The notes under the pieces were generated by a model that was not told the DNA's origin, made no database searches, and saw nothing but the letters and a program-made list of their open reading frames with translations. From Promethearchaeota archaeon (GTDB lineage Archaea; Asgardarchaeota; Heimdallarchaeia; Hodarchaeales; Hodarchaeaceae): a stretch of 64,000 nucleotides of DNA. A program made the translations under genes and the position numbers. This document shows positions 41,150 through 50,745 of this stretch, in pieces (the first letter of the stretch is position 1; each line of letters begins with the position of its first letter). Where the stretch lies: contig JBHLMN010000001.1 of the NCBI GenBank assembly GCA_048938105.1, forward strand, positions 256,001 to 320,000, in the 5' to 3' direction.

Positions 41150-41644
41150 TTACTTCTCCATTGTTAATATCTTATCTAATTCTTTCTGAGTAATAGATAA
41201 GGATGAGATTTGTGATTGGGAACGCTTTGAAGGAGGCCATTGTTGTATTATCTTCAAAATTGAATCAATAGCTGGCCCAATAATTAATTTCAAGAGCTCG
41301 AGATCCACATAAGGATCAGTCAATACGCCTAAGAAAGCAATACGCCCTATTGCTCGTAAGAATAATTTAAAATTACTGCTTTCAGCGGTGAAAGAAACCC
41401 AAGGGGAGCTACCAATTTCTTGACCAATGGTATCCATATTGGATTGAATTCCAGCTACCAAAGAACAAAGGATAAGGCTGCTTTCCTTACCTAATGTGCC
41501 TTCCAAATTCACTTCTTCAATTAGAAGTCCATCTGTATCAACACAGAAACCTGAATAAATACCATCCAGAGAGCTCACGATGTCAGTTAATATTTGTGGA
41601 AGTCCAGTTTTGAATTGATTTGTATTATCATTGGGAAAGGACAA
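41150..41644 (-). CDS. Roadblock/LC7 (MglB-like) domain protein
   Basis: ILTDIVSSLDGIYSGFCVDTDGLLI...FLGVLTDPYVDL. Confidence 0.8.
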   Translation of the reverse strand: MSFPNDNTNQFKTGLPQILTDIVSSLDGIYSGFCVDTDGLLIEEVNLEGTLGKESSLILCSLVAGIQSNMDTIGQEIGSSPWVSFTAESSNFKLFLRAIGRIAFLGVLTDPYVDLELLKLIIGPAIDSILKIIQQWPPSKRSQSQISSLSITQKELDKILTMEK

Positions 41645-41864
41645 GGAAAATCAACCAGATCTTAGTTAAATCCTTAGAAAAAACCCCATAATTGGCTAAG
41701 AGGAGACTGTCATTATCCTATATTTGAATCTATTTAATCTTTCTCACATTTCTATACATTTGGTTATAGACCATTTTATGTATACAGTTTAAGTAAAGCT
41801 GGAAGCCCTCTATAAAAGATGTGAATAGCTTGCAGAGAAACCTCTTCATTAACACGGGGCGAGC

Positions 41865-41872
41865 TTTATAAA
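41865..41872 (+). promoter_or_regulatory. TATA box of the SRP RNA gene
   Basis: TTTATAAA ending about 20 nt upstream of SRP helix 1. Confidence 0.65.
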
Positions 41873-41892
41873 GGCACATAAGAGTAACTACA

Positions 41893-42199
41893 TGGAACAG
41901 TAGGCGGCTGAGGATAGCGGCTCAGCTAAATCGTAACGCTATATGACGAGCTTAATCCCAGAACTGAGATGCCAAAGCCTAGTAAGGCTCCTTGGTTTGT
42001 GCGATGAGAGATCCTCCGACTAGGTGGCCTCTAGCTGAGATTCCTCTGGAGAGAGGAATAAGAAGGCGAGGTTAAACTGGGTCAGGCATGGGAATGAACA
42101 GCCCTAAGACCGAGAGGTTATGCTTTTCGGGCTCGGGTCTTAAGTACGGCTAAGTTCAACCGAGCTAGAGTGGAAGCCCCGAGGTTCTGGTCTGTTCCA
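41893..42199 (+). ncRNA. ffs: Signal recognition particle (7S) RNA
   Basis: Helix 1 tggaacag/ctgttcca; Alu helices 3 and 4 with complementary loops (atagcg 41914-19 / cgctat 41937-42); helix 6 attcctct-GGAG-agaggaat; helix 8 ggtCAGGcatGGGAatgAACAgcc; about 307 nt. Confidence 0.93.
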
Positions 42200-42203
42200 C
42201 TCC

Positions 42204-42210
42204 TTTTTTT
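42204..42210 (+). terminator. Oligo-T terminator after SRP RNA
   Basis: T7 run just after the 3' strand of helix 1. Confidence 0.6.
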
Positions 42211-42469
42211 GGAGTTAACACGAAAGAGTATTCTATCTCTGGTTTCATTGGTCTTAATGATCCATAAGAAGTCTTAGAGAACAAAAACTAATAGTTCACT
42301 AATTTTTATGCCTTTCTTTTATTAATATCAAACTTTTTTCATCGATAAAAAAGTTTTTAAGTGTTGCGCAACAACAACAACATGAGCAACATAAACAAAA
42401 TCTTGAAAAATTTTGTCTAAAATTGCTCAATTTCCCTGTTAATAAGGATATAATTGGTGAAAAATAGCT

Positions 42470-42748
42470 TTGATGCAAATCTTGCTAGATGAAAAAGAAA
42501 TCAAAAGAGAATTACCTAATATTATTAGTTCAATACCTTTGCCTCAAAGTGCAAAGAGAGTTTTCGAAATTTTATGTCATGAGGGACCTCTAACATCAGG
42601 AGATCTAGAGAAAAGATGTACCTATTCTGATCGGACTATTAGAAACGCATTAAAAAAGCTAATAGGAATAGGTTTAGTCATAAAAGTTGCGAATTTTAAT
42701 GATATGCGAACTTCCCTGTTTCATGTTCAAACAATAAATGCTGCTTGA
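42470..42748 (+). CDS. Small winged-helix transcription regulator
   Basis: LPQSAKRVFEILCHEGPLTSGDL...SDRTIRNALKKL...DMR. Confidence 0.85.
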   Translation: MMQILLDEKEIKRELPNIISSIPLPQSAKRVFEILCHEGPLTSGDLEKRCTYSDRTIRNALKKLIGIGLVIKVANFNDMRTSLFHVQTINAA

Positions 42749-42773
42749 TCTGATTTCGTATTGATTACCATTT

Positions 42774-43418
42774 TTATTTTTCTTCTTTTAGTAGAAGAAG
42801 CACTTTCCCATAATGATCCCAAAGTGTTTGCCAAATCCAACTAATAGGCAATCCTACTACGTTGAAGTAATCTCCTTGAATGTCACTAATTAAAAATGCT
42901 CCTAATCCTTGTATTGCATAACTACCTGCTCTATTTTGCCATTCGCCTTTTTCCAGATAATAGTGTATCTCTTCTTTCGACACATCCCTGAACTTTACCA
43001 GTGTAGAAACCACAGTCTGGTATTTCACTTTATTAGGGTGAATAAGGATGGTACAGCCCGTTAGAACCGTATGACTCTTACCAGACAGGCTTTGCAACAT
43101 AATTTTTGCATTGTCTCGATCCTTGGGCTTACCAATGATCGTACAAGACGGATCAATTACAACTGTATCACATCCTATTATAATAAAACTTTTTTTTTCA
43201 TCCTGAAGTCGAGAAGCAACAGTATAAGCCTTTTTTTGAGAAATGTGCAATACATACTTTTTGGGATCTGCTGAAAACTCCTCTTCATAGTCATTTTCAT
43301 CGATTTTACTAGGAATCGTTGTGAAAGGTAAGTGAACCTGTTTCAATACCTCTGCACGTGCTGGAGATTGAGACGCAAGAACTATTTTTAGGAAATGAGA
43401 CATTTTATGTTCAGTCAT
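42774..43418 (-). CDS. maf: Maf family nucleoside triphosphate pyrophosphatase
   Basis: LASQSPAR, GCDTVV, GKP, LSGKSH, AGSYAIQG, NVVGLP. Confidence 0.95.
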   Translation of the reverse strand: MTEHKMSHFLKIVLASQSPARAEVLKQVHLPFTTIPSKIDENDYEEEFSADPKKYVLHISQKKAYTVASRLQDEKKSFIIIGCDTVVIDPSCTIIGKPKDRDNAKIMLQSLSGKSHTVLTGCTILIHPNKVKYQTVVSTLVKFRDVSKEEIHYYLEKGEWQNRAGSYAIQGLGAFLISDIQGDYFNVVGLPISWIWQTLWDHYGKVLLLLKEEK

Positions 43419-43556
43419 TCTGAAATAAAAAAAAGACTTAAGGACTATTCATTTTTTTTACAAACAGTTATTCCCTTAATATTCCTAGTGATCATCTATT
43501 TTTCATTATATAAGATATTGTTTTTTCGCAAAAAAAGAAAGGGTTAGGCAAATAGA

Positions 43557-44756
43557 ATGACAATGGAGGAAAAGATTCATAATCCTAAACGAGCTGCTAA
43601 TCGAATGTCACAAATCCGCTCATCAGGATTAAGAAAATTATTTGATCTTGAACACAAGATCGCAAAATCCTCTTCTCTCAAGATTCTCTCCTTTGGGCTT
43701 GGAAACCTTAACATCCCAACCATGCCTGAGATTATCAACAAGCTAAAAATCGCTCTTGATGATCCTATTTCTCACCGTTATTCTCCGAATGCTGGGCTTT
43801 TAGACCTACGAGAGGCATTAGTTGCTAGATATAAATCTGTTTATCATCTTGATTATTTAACAGACCAAGTAATAGTCACATCAGGCTGCTTAGAAGCTTT
43901 GATCGATACATTCATTGCTCTTATTGACCCTGGTGACGAAGTTCTTATTCAAGATCCCACTTTTGGTTATTATGCCAGTCAAATTACGCTTGTTGGAGGA
44001 AAAATAAAACCAATTCCTCTAAACGCTAAATTTGAACTCGAAGTAGAAGCAGTGAAAGAAGCGATCACCTCAAAAACGAAAGCTTTAGTTTTAAACTTCC
44101 CCTGTAATCCCACTGGAAGTGTAATGAGTCGCGAACAAATCCGAGCTGTGGTCGAAGTTGCGGCTGATAAAGGAGTAATTGTAATATCGGATGAAGCATA
44201 TGAAGCAATTACCTTTAATGGTCACAAACACACCTGTGCAGCAGAAATTAACTATGATAATGTAATTATCATTTCATCCTTTTCTAAAACTTATTGTATG
44301 ACTGGTTTTCGGGTTGGTTATGTTCTAGCTCCCCCTGAACTTCTTTCTCCTATTTCATTAGTTCACCAATATAATACTGCTTGTGCTAACAGTCCAGCAC
44401 AGATAGCTGCTAGAATAGCCCTTCATTCTCCTTCTTCTATCAGAGATGCAATGATGAAAGAACTCATTGAAAGGCGTAAAGAGACCATAAAAGCTTTTAC
44501 TTCTGTTGAAGGTATTGAATTGAATTACAACCCACTTGGGGCTTTTTATATTTACCCCAACGTTAGAGGCTTAGAAATGGATGGAAAGGAATTCTCTGAA
44601 CTTCTCTTAGAGAATTGTCAAGTAGTAGTGGTTCCAGGAACAGAATTTGGAACTGCTACTCCCGATCATGTTCGTGTGTCTTATGGTTTTTTAAACGAAG
44701 AAGATATCCGAGAGGCAGGCACAAGAATTCAATCATACTTCTCAAAAACTCATTAG
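43557..44756 (+). CDS. PLP-dependent class I/II aminotransferase
   Basis: NFPCNPTG, SDEAY, SFSKTYCMTGFRVG. Confidence 0.93.
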   Translation: MTMEEKIHNPKRAANRMSQIRSSGLRKLFDLEHKIAKSSSLKILSFGLGNLNIPTMPEIINKLKIALDDPISHRYSPNAGLLDLREALVARYKSVYHLDYLTDQVIVTSGCLEALIDTFIALIDPGDEVLIQDPTFGYYASQITLVGGKIKPIPLNAKFELEVEAVKEAITSKTKALVLNFPCNPTGSVMSREQIRAVVEVAADKGVIVISDEAYEAITFNGHKHTCAAEINYDNVIIISSFSKTYCMTGFRVGYVLAPPELLSPISLVHQYNTACANSPAQIAARIALHSPSSIRDAMMKELIERRKETIKAFTSVEGIELNYNPLGAFYIYPNVRGLEMDGKEFSELLLENCQVVVVPGTEFGTATPDHVRVSYGFLNEEDIREAGTRIQSYFSKTH

Positions 44757-44894
44757 ACCCAAAAATGAATCGCTGTAGAGTGTATAAATTTCGTTATTTT
44801 GATCAACTTCTTAATTTTCGACCATTTCTCCTAAAGAAACAAAGAATGCATAAAAATAAAATTTGTTTTTCCATTAAATCTAAAGGTGTAAAAC

Positions 44895-46211
44895 ATGAAA
44901 GAAAGTAGAGAATTCATCCTCAAAGCTGACGATCTACCAGATAAATGGTATAATATTATCCCAGATTTACCAGAACCCCTTCCACCACCTAAAGATCCCC
45001 CTGAAGGGTATTCAAGGGTTAATGACTTACCTAACATGCTCATAAATGAGTGTTTAAAACAAGAAATGTCAAATGAGAGATGGATACCCATTCCTGAGGG
45101 AATTCGTGAACTGTACTTAGCTGCAGGAAGGCCAAGACCATTGTTCAGAGCAAAAAATCTTGAGGATAAATTAGGGACTCCTGCCAAATTATTCTTTAAA
45201 TCAGAATTTTTCAGCCCAACTGGTAGCCATAAGGTTAACACTGCTCTTGCTCAAGCTTATTATGCAAAAAAAGAAGGTTTCGAGCGACTCACAACTGAAA
45301 CTGGAGCTGGCCAATGGGGTAATGCGCTAGCTTATGCCGCAAGTTTAAATGACTTAGATTGTACGATTTTTTGGGTTCGTGCGGTCTATCGTTGGAAAGA
45401 ACAAAGATTAAAATTCATGCAGATGTTTGGCGCAGATGTATATGCTTCTCCTAGCAATAAAACAGAGTTTGGAAAGAAATTATACAAAGAAGACCCAAAC
45501 CATAATGGATCATTGGGTATTGCTATTTCTGAGGGATTAGAAGATGCCAAGAAAGATCCGAAAGCAGTTTATTGTCTTGGATCGGTGCTAAATCATGTTA
45601 TGATACACCAATCTATAATAGGCCTTGAAACGAAAGCGCAAATGGAGCTAGCAGGAACATATCCAGATGTCGTGATTTCGTGTCTTGGTGGAGGTAGTAA
45701 CTTTGGTGGTATTGCTATCCCCTTCATGCACGATGTGCTTAAGAAGAAAACAGATATTAAGTTCATTGCGTCACAAAGCAAAGCAGCTCCGAATCTGCAA
45801 GGAGAGTATAAGTACGATTTTGCTGATCATGCTGAAATGACTCCAATGTTGAAAATGTATACACTTGGACACCAAATAACGATGGTACCTATCAGGGGTG
45901 ATGGTCTGAGGTACCATGGTTGTTCACCGATTTTGAGTTTGTTAAGGCATCACGGTTACATTGATACAATAGCATATCCAGAAGATGAAAAATATGTTTT
46001 TGAGAGAGCAAGAGAATTTGTGCAAGCAGAAGGTTTTCTACCTGCACCTGAATCAGCTTACAGTATTGCATGTGCTATAGATGAGGCAATGAAGTGTAAG
46101 GAAGAAAATGAGGAAAAAGTCATTCTTTTCAATGTGAGTGGACATGGTTTCATGGATATGGATGGCTATGCTGAGATCCTTGGTTTGAAAAAACAACCAG
46201 AACGGGCATGA
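44895..46211 (+). CDS. trpB2: TrpB2 (stand-alone tryptophan synthase beta-like enzyme)
   Basis: SPTGSHKVNTA, TETGAGQWG, GSLGIAISE, GGGSN, GLRYHG, PAPES, SGHG; no adjacent trpA. Confidence 0.93.
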   Translation: MKESREFILKADDLPDKWYNIIPDLPEPLPPPKDPPEGYSRVNDLPNMLINECLKQEMSNERWIPIPEGIRELYLAAGRPRPLFRAKNLEDKLGTPAKLFFKSEFFSPTGSHKVNTALAQAYYAKKEGFERLTTETGAGQWGNALAYAASLNDLDCTIFWVRAVYRWKEQRLKFMQMFGADVYASPSNKTEFGKKLYKEDPNHNGSLGIAISEGLEDAKKDPKAVYCLGSVLNHVMIHQSIIGLETKAQMELAGTYPDVVISCLGGGSNFGGIAIPFMHDVLKKKTDIKFIASQSKAAPNLQGEYKYDFADHAEMTPMLKMYTLGHQITMVPIRGDGLRYHGCSPILSLLRHHGYIDTIAYPEDEKYVFERAREFVQAEGFLPAPESAYSIACAIDEAMKCKEENEEKVILFNVSGHGFMDMDGYAEILGLKKQPERA

Positions 46212-46290
46212 AATGCTAGAGGGAGAAATACCTCTCTTTTAGCAATGTCCTTATGAGAAATTCAATCCTCCCTATGAGAACTTGTCTTCT

Positions 46291-46503
46291 TCACGCAATT
46301 AATCTTCGTGAAATATAGTCAGAAAGCTTCTTGTTTCGGGGTATTCGGGTTACAAATGCATCCATACCACATTCATTGCACTTCAGTCGAAGTGTACCAT
46401 GATTAACGATGGTACTGATGGTATGAGTATGACACCAAGGACATAGAAGCTCTTGTTCAGCTCGTTGTTGAAGATCTACATTCTCTTCGATTTCGATAGT
46501 CAA
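46291..46503 (-). CDS. Small Zn-ribbon protein
   Basis: CPWC...CNEC; TTG start with strong SD AGGAGGT. Confidence 0.7.
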   Translation of the reverse strand: MTIEIEENVDLQQRAEQELLCPWCHTHTISTIVNHGTLRLKCNECGMDAFVTRIPRNKKLSDYISRRLIA

Positions 46504-46532
46504 TTTTTTACCTCCTATTCTTTTATTAAGAT

Positions 46533-46643
46533 GGAAAACTACCCATTATGGGTTTATTTTCCGATATAGCTTAGCTATATCACACCGACTCGATTTCGGT
46601 GAGCTTTTCCTATATGGAGATACACACTAGTGAAACTAGAGTG
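46533..46643 (-). other. Cluster of five adjacent hairpins in the leader of the Zn-ribbon gene (candidate structured RNA)
   Basis: Written on the + strand: ggaaaa..accca-tta-tgggt..ttttcc; gatatagc-tta-gctatatc; caccga-7nt-tcggtg; tcc-tatat-gga; ctagt-gaa-actag. Confidence 0.5.
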
Positions 46644-47352
46644 CAGATAATTTTTCTTCTTTAGGGGATATAAAAATGTTATGATTTATGACGAATTTTG
46701 TAATTTTATACATATTTTCATATTTTTTTTCAACTTTTTAATTTCATCTAATAAGCTTATTCTGTGTCTAAAGGTTTAGTGTACTTAAATTTTGGCATAA
46801 TCGCTTATTAATCTTTCTCTATTGGCATATCTTTTCATTCTTTATGTCTATGATATTTCCAATGGATTTATAGATCACATCACTCCTGTAAACTCAAAAT
46901 AACGAGATTTTCAATATGAACGAATCAAAGATGATAGGGACTTATCGAAAACTTCACTGACTGGCATTGATGCAAAAAAATTCAAGATAGATGAAAAAAA
47001 TACTCGAAAAATAACACGCAAAATGTTCAGGTCTAGAAAATTGTTAAATATTATCCTCATGTGGTGTTTAACTTAAAAAAAGTAGAAGTGTTACTGTATA
47101 ATTAACAAATGCTAGATTGTTTTCAATTTATTGCAATTACTGGAGTTTTTTACTTAAAATACTCTTGTAAAAATTTACAGATTTCATTATAAAAGCTATC
47201 TAAATTTTTAGATTGAAGAGATATGTCAACATTTTAACATCTTTCCACAAAAAGTTTATTCATCAAAAGGGATCTTTACCATTTTACGAAAGATTGCCTG
47301 GAATTAGCCACAAACAAGATATGTCTAGAATATTTGGAACTGTGTCCCCAAT

Positions 47353-48513
47353 ATGGTAATTCACCAGATATTTAGCAAATTTGCTTTAATTGGAGATGAT
47401 CTTACAATAAAGCAGGATGTACTCATAGATATTAATAATCAAGGTAGAATTTCCAACATTAAATGGAATTCCTCTCTAGATAAAAATGATGTTGAATTAT
47501 CATTTCCTCATCATTTACTTTTACCTAAGTTCATTAACTCTCATACTCACCTTGGTGATTCCGTTCTAAAAGACCAAGCTTTTGGATTATCTTTAAATGA
47601 AGCCGTAGGAATTGAAGGTTGTAAATACAATGCTAATAAGCTTCATAGAACCCAGCGTCTTGCTGCAATGAGATCTGCCGTAATAGAAATGATTGAGAGT
47701 GGTACTGCAGCCTGTTATGACTTTAGAGAAAATGGGTTAATAGGAATTCATGAACTCAGAGAGTCTGCGTTTGGTCTTCCGATTGATCTTCATATTCTGG
47801 GACGTCAAGATCCTAGTACTCACTTAATTGATATAATTTCTCAATGTGATGGTATAGGGTTTGGTTCACCACTTTTTCTTTCTCAAGAAGAGCTAAAGAC
47901 GATTCAAGAACAAATTTCTTCTCCAAATATCCTTGTAGCAACTCATGTTGGAGAAGAGCTTCAAGTAATTCAGGAATCTTTAGATCGTTTCGGGCTTACT
48001 GATCTTCAAGTAGCTTTAAAGTATCTAAATCCCGATATCCTGATCCATTTGACAAAGTTTGATGATAATGATCTGGTTGAAATTCCTACCTCAAAATTTG
48101 TTGTTTTTTGCCCACGATCAAACGCCTATTTCGGATTAGGATTTCCACCAATCAGTTATTTTCTAGATAAGAGGTATTTAATTGGACTAGGAACTGATAA
48201 TGTCATGACAATAGCCCCAAATATCTTGGAAGAATTACGTTGGCTCGTACTGCGATTAAAAGAACAAGGAATTCCAATTAGTCCCATTCAAGCCTTAAAA
48301 TTCATAACAATAAACCCTTCAAAAGCACTAAAAATCCTCACAGGGTGCGTCAAAGAAAATTATTGGGCAGATTTGTTAGTGATTGATCTTCAAACTAATA
48401 GAACTATGTTTGGGAAAGATCCAATCATGACATTACTCTTTCGTTGTCACCTTCCAGAAGATATTTCTCTTAATCTCTTCCATGGAGAACTTGTTTCAAA
48501 TGAACTTAGTTAA
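47353..48513 (+). CDS. Amidohydrolase superfamily deaminase
   Basis: NSHTHLGD, THVGE, IH, CPRSN, GLGTDN, ADL. Confidence 0.88.
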   Translation: MVIHQIFSKFALIGDDLTIKQDVLIDINNQGRISNIKWNSSLDKNDVELSFPHHLLLPKFINSHTHLGDSVLKDQAFGLSLNEAVGIEGCKYNANKLHRTQRLAAMRSAVIEMIESGTAACYDFRENGLIGIHELRESAFGLPIDLHILGRQDPSTHLIDIISQCDGIGFGSPLFLSQEELKTIQEQISSPNILVATHVGEELQVIQESLDRFGLTDLQVALKYLNPDILIHLTKFDDNDLVEIPTSKFVVFCPRSNAYFGLGFPPISYFLDKRYLIGLGTDNVMTIAPNILEELRWLVLRLKEQGIPISPIQALKFITINPSKALKILTGCVKENYWADLLVIDLQTNRTMFGKDPIMTLLFRCHLPEDISLNLFHGELVSNELS

Positions 48514-49210
48514 ATCTCATAAAGCTCGCCCTTATGTATTTCTATCAGCAGCAACCAGTCTTGATGGTTATATCGCAACAATTGATGGTGATAGTCTTTT
48601 ATCAAATTCGAAAGACTGGATTAGAGTTCATCGATTAAGAGCTGAATCTGACGCAATAATGGTTGGAAGTGGAACTATTCGAGCTGATGATTCCAAACTG
48701 ACCATAAATAGAAAATTAATTGATATAAGTAATGAAAATAATCCCATTCGAGTTGTGGTCAGTTCAAAAGGTAAGATTCCTTTGAACTCTAGAGTAATTA
48801 CCCATCGACCTGATATCCTAACCTTAATTGCAACTACATCACAATGTTCTCAAAACCAAAAAAAACTTTTGGAGGAAAAAGGCTGTCATGTCATTATCTG
48901 CGGAGATGGCCCCCTAACAGACCTATTCCAACTATTATACACCCTAAAAAAGGATTTTCACATTAAGAAATTGATGGTGGAGGGGGGAAGTCGCTTGAAT
49001 GGAGAAATGTTAAATAACCAACTTATTGATGAAGTTCAGCTAGCAATAGCACCAGTGATCTGTGGTCAGGGCGTTCCGCTTTTCAACCTATCACAAGAAA
49101 TTCCTTCATTTTCAAAGTCACCTTTTTTCGAAATAAAAGCACACAGCCAAATAGATGATATGATATGGCTAAAAATGTCAATTCATTACCGACACCGACG
49201 AGTTTCTTAG
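48482..49210 (+). CDS. RibD C-terminal / Rib7-type pyrimidine nucleotide reductase
   Basis: SLDGYIA, VHRLRAESDAIMVGSGT..D, LMVEGG; overlaps the upstream gene (start may be 48500). Confidence 0.88.
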   Translation: MENLFQMNLVKSHKARPYVFLSAATSLDGYIATIDGDSLLSNSKDWIRVHRLRAESDAIMVGSGTIRADDSKLTINRKLIDISNENNPIRVVVSSKGKIPLNSRVITHRPDILTLIATTSQCSQNQKKLLEEKGCHVIICGDGPLTDLFQLLYTLKKDFHIKKLMVEGGSRLNGEMLNNQLIDEVQLAIAPVICGQGVPLFNLSQEIPSFSKSPFFEIKAHSQIDDMIWLKMSIHYRHRRVS

Positions 49211-49217
49211 ATGTGTT

Positions 49218-50132
49218 TTAACCCACAATGAAGAGAATTACAGCATATATTATTGCAATGATAACTGCGTGTGACCCTTCAGGATCAATTGACTTAACAG
49301 CAAAATAAACTAACACGATACCCCAAATAAGGAAAATAATATCTGTAAAGAAAAGTATATCCCCTACTATTCCAATAGGAGCACTCAGTGCTGTAAAATC
49401 AAATATGTCATTAATTGTGATTGTTGTTGGCTGAATAAAAAGAGCAAAAGCAGCAAGTCGAAGCAATTCACTGAAAATTCTAGGAAGAAAACTCCAACCC
49501 ACGATAGACATCATGGTCTTAAAGTTTCTTTCATGTGATGGAACTTGGGATGAGAATATTGCTTGTAATATCCACAGAACGAAACTCCCAATTAGCCAGG
49601 TAATAAAAAAGCCAAAAGGAGTAAAAAATACAGATACTATCATCAAAAATTGCATATATTCATCCATATCAATATCCATACCTGATATACCAAGACTCTC
49701 GAAGAAACCTTCAGAAAATTCAATTGGTGTCCTTAAGGTAAGAACATAAAGGGCTAAACCTGAAATAATCCCAGCTATTAAAACAATAATAAATGGTTGG
49801 CCCAAATTTGGTCGTTTAACAATTCGAGGCATTTCTAATTTAGGAGACATCAACACTCCTTGAAAATGTTGAGCGAATGGAAGAGGTGGTTCCCTCACTA
49901 TTCTTTCAGGTCTATAAGAAGGCGGATAAGTAGGAGTACCTCTATCAGAAACAGTTGGAGGGATTGCTGTATATGGAGAGGAAGGTTTCGTACTAACTAC
50001 TCCAGTTGAATCAACGGTTGGGACTGGAGTACCACAGTATGCACAAAAAGTAGCTCCCCCTAGTAACTTCTGACCGCAATTTCCACAGAATTTTGGGGTT
50101 GTTTCAGAACCATCATTACTCATAAAAATCAA
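49218..50132 (-). CDS. Zn-ribbon plus Yip1-domain membrane protein
   Basis: FCGNCG..FCAYCG, Pro-rich linker, GVLMSP...five TM helices with IVGWSFLP motif. Confidence 0.75.
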   Translation of the reverse strand: MIFMSNDGSETTPKFCGNCGQKLLGGATFCAYCGTPVPTVDSTGVVSTKPSSPYTAIPPTVSDRGTPTYPPSYRPERIVREPPLPFAQHFQGVLMSPKLEMPRIVKRPNLGQPFIIVLIAGIISGLALYVLTLRTPIEFSEGFFESLGISGMDIDMDEYMQFLMIVSVFFTPFGFFITWLIGSFVLWILQAIFSSQVPSHERNFKTMMSIVGWSFLPRIFSELLRLAAFALFIQPTTITINDIFDFTALSAPIGIVGDILFFTDIIFLIWGIVLVYFAVKSIDPEGSHAVIIAIIYAVILFIVG

Positions 50133-50411
50133 CTTAATGATATTAATACTAGAGAATGTTTAATTATAAGCTAATGGAGCATGAATTAAAAATTTATTGT
50201 TTATGTTGGCTGTTTTTCAGTATAGCATCATCTTGAATATCCCTAAGTATTAATTATTGAATAAATTCAGATATACGATCTTGAATGAGCTTTTTTCGTA
50301 TAAAAAAATACTTTCATGCTATTAATGGTGATTCTAGATTTAAATTAGTAAGATATGTATAGTGACTGTGTTAAAAAAGGTTATACTGAAAGACACTAGT
50401 TAAAAATAGGA

Positions 50412-50729
50412 TTAACTTGACCTATCTTTCAAAACAACAATGGTGAATCCAGCTGCTTCGTCAGGAGTGATGATTATTTCTGATTTAGGCATTTCTACAT
50501 ATACACTTTGAAGTCGTCCATGATCGAGAGCATCTGAAACACTCCTGACCTTTTTTACCAGTGAAGCCACATGAGCAGATACTCTTTCTGCATCTGACTG
50601 CGGAAGATTACTTTGGAGTGGTAGACCATCTTCATCACAAACTAATATCCCTTTAACCCCACGTCGCGCTGCTAATCTTTTGATAGTGTTCTGCAACACT
50701 GAGGGAATTACATACTCATCATCAGACAT
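50412..50729 (-). CDS. Roadblock/LC7 protein (DYNLRB-like)
   Basis: NTIKRLAARRGVKGILVCDEDGLPLQSNL. Confidence 0.88.
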   Translation of the reverse strand: MSDDEYVIPSVLQNTIKRLAARRGVKGILVCDEDGLPLQSNLPQSDAERVSAHVASLVKKVRSVSDALDHGRLQSVYVEMPKSEIIITPDEAAGFTIVVLKDRSS

Positions 50730-50745
50730 TTGATCACTTTCCTCT

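Noticed and set aside
41977-42142. Apparent extra hairpins in SRP RNA (cctagt/actagg and taagacc/ggtctta)
   Set aside because: The same bases pair collinearly as a conventional helix 5 (gtggcctct/agaggttat, tccga/tcggg, gagatcc/gggtctt, ttggtt/aaccga), so no insertion is needed
41893-42199. RNase P RNA as an alternative identity
   Set aside because: No GAGGAAAGUCC or matching 3' P4 motif; SRP helix 6, helix 8 and Alu features are clear
46680-47350. Long AT-rich intergenic region as a possible origin or pseudogene
   Set aside because: No repeats or recognisable protein remnants
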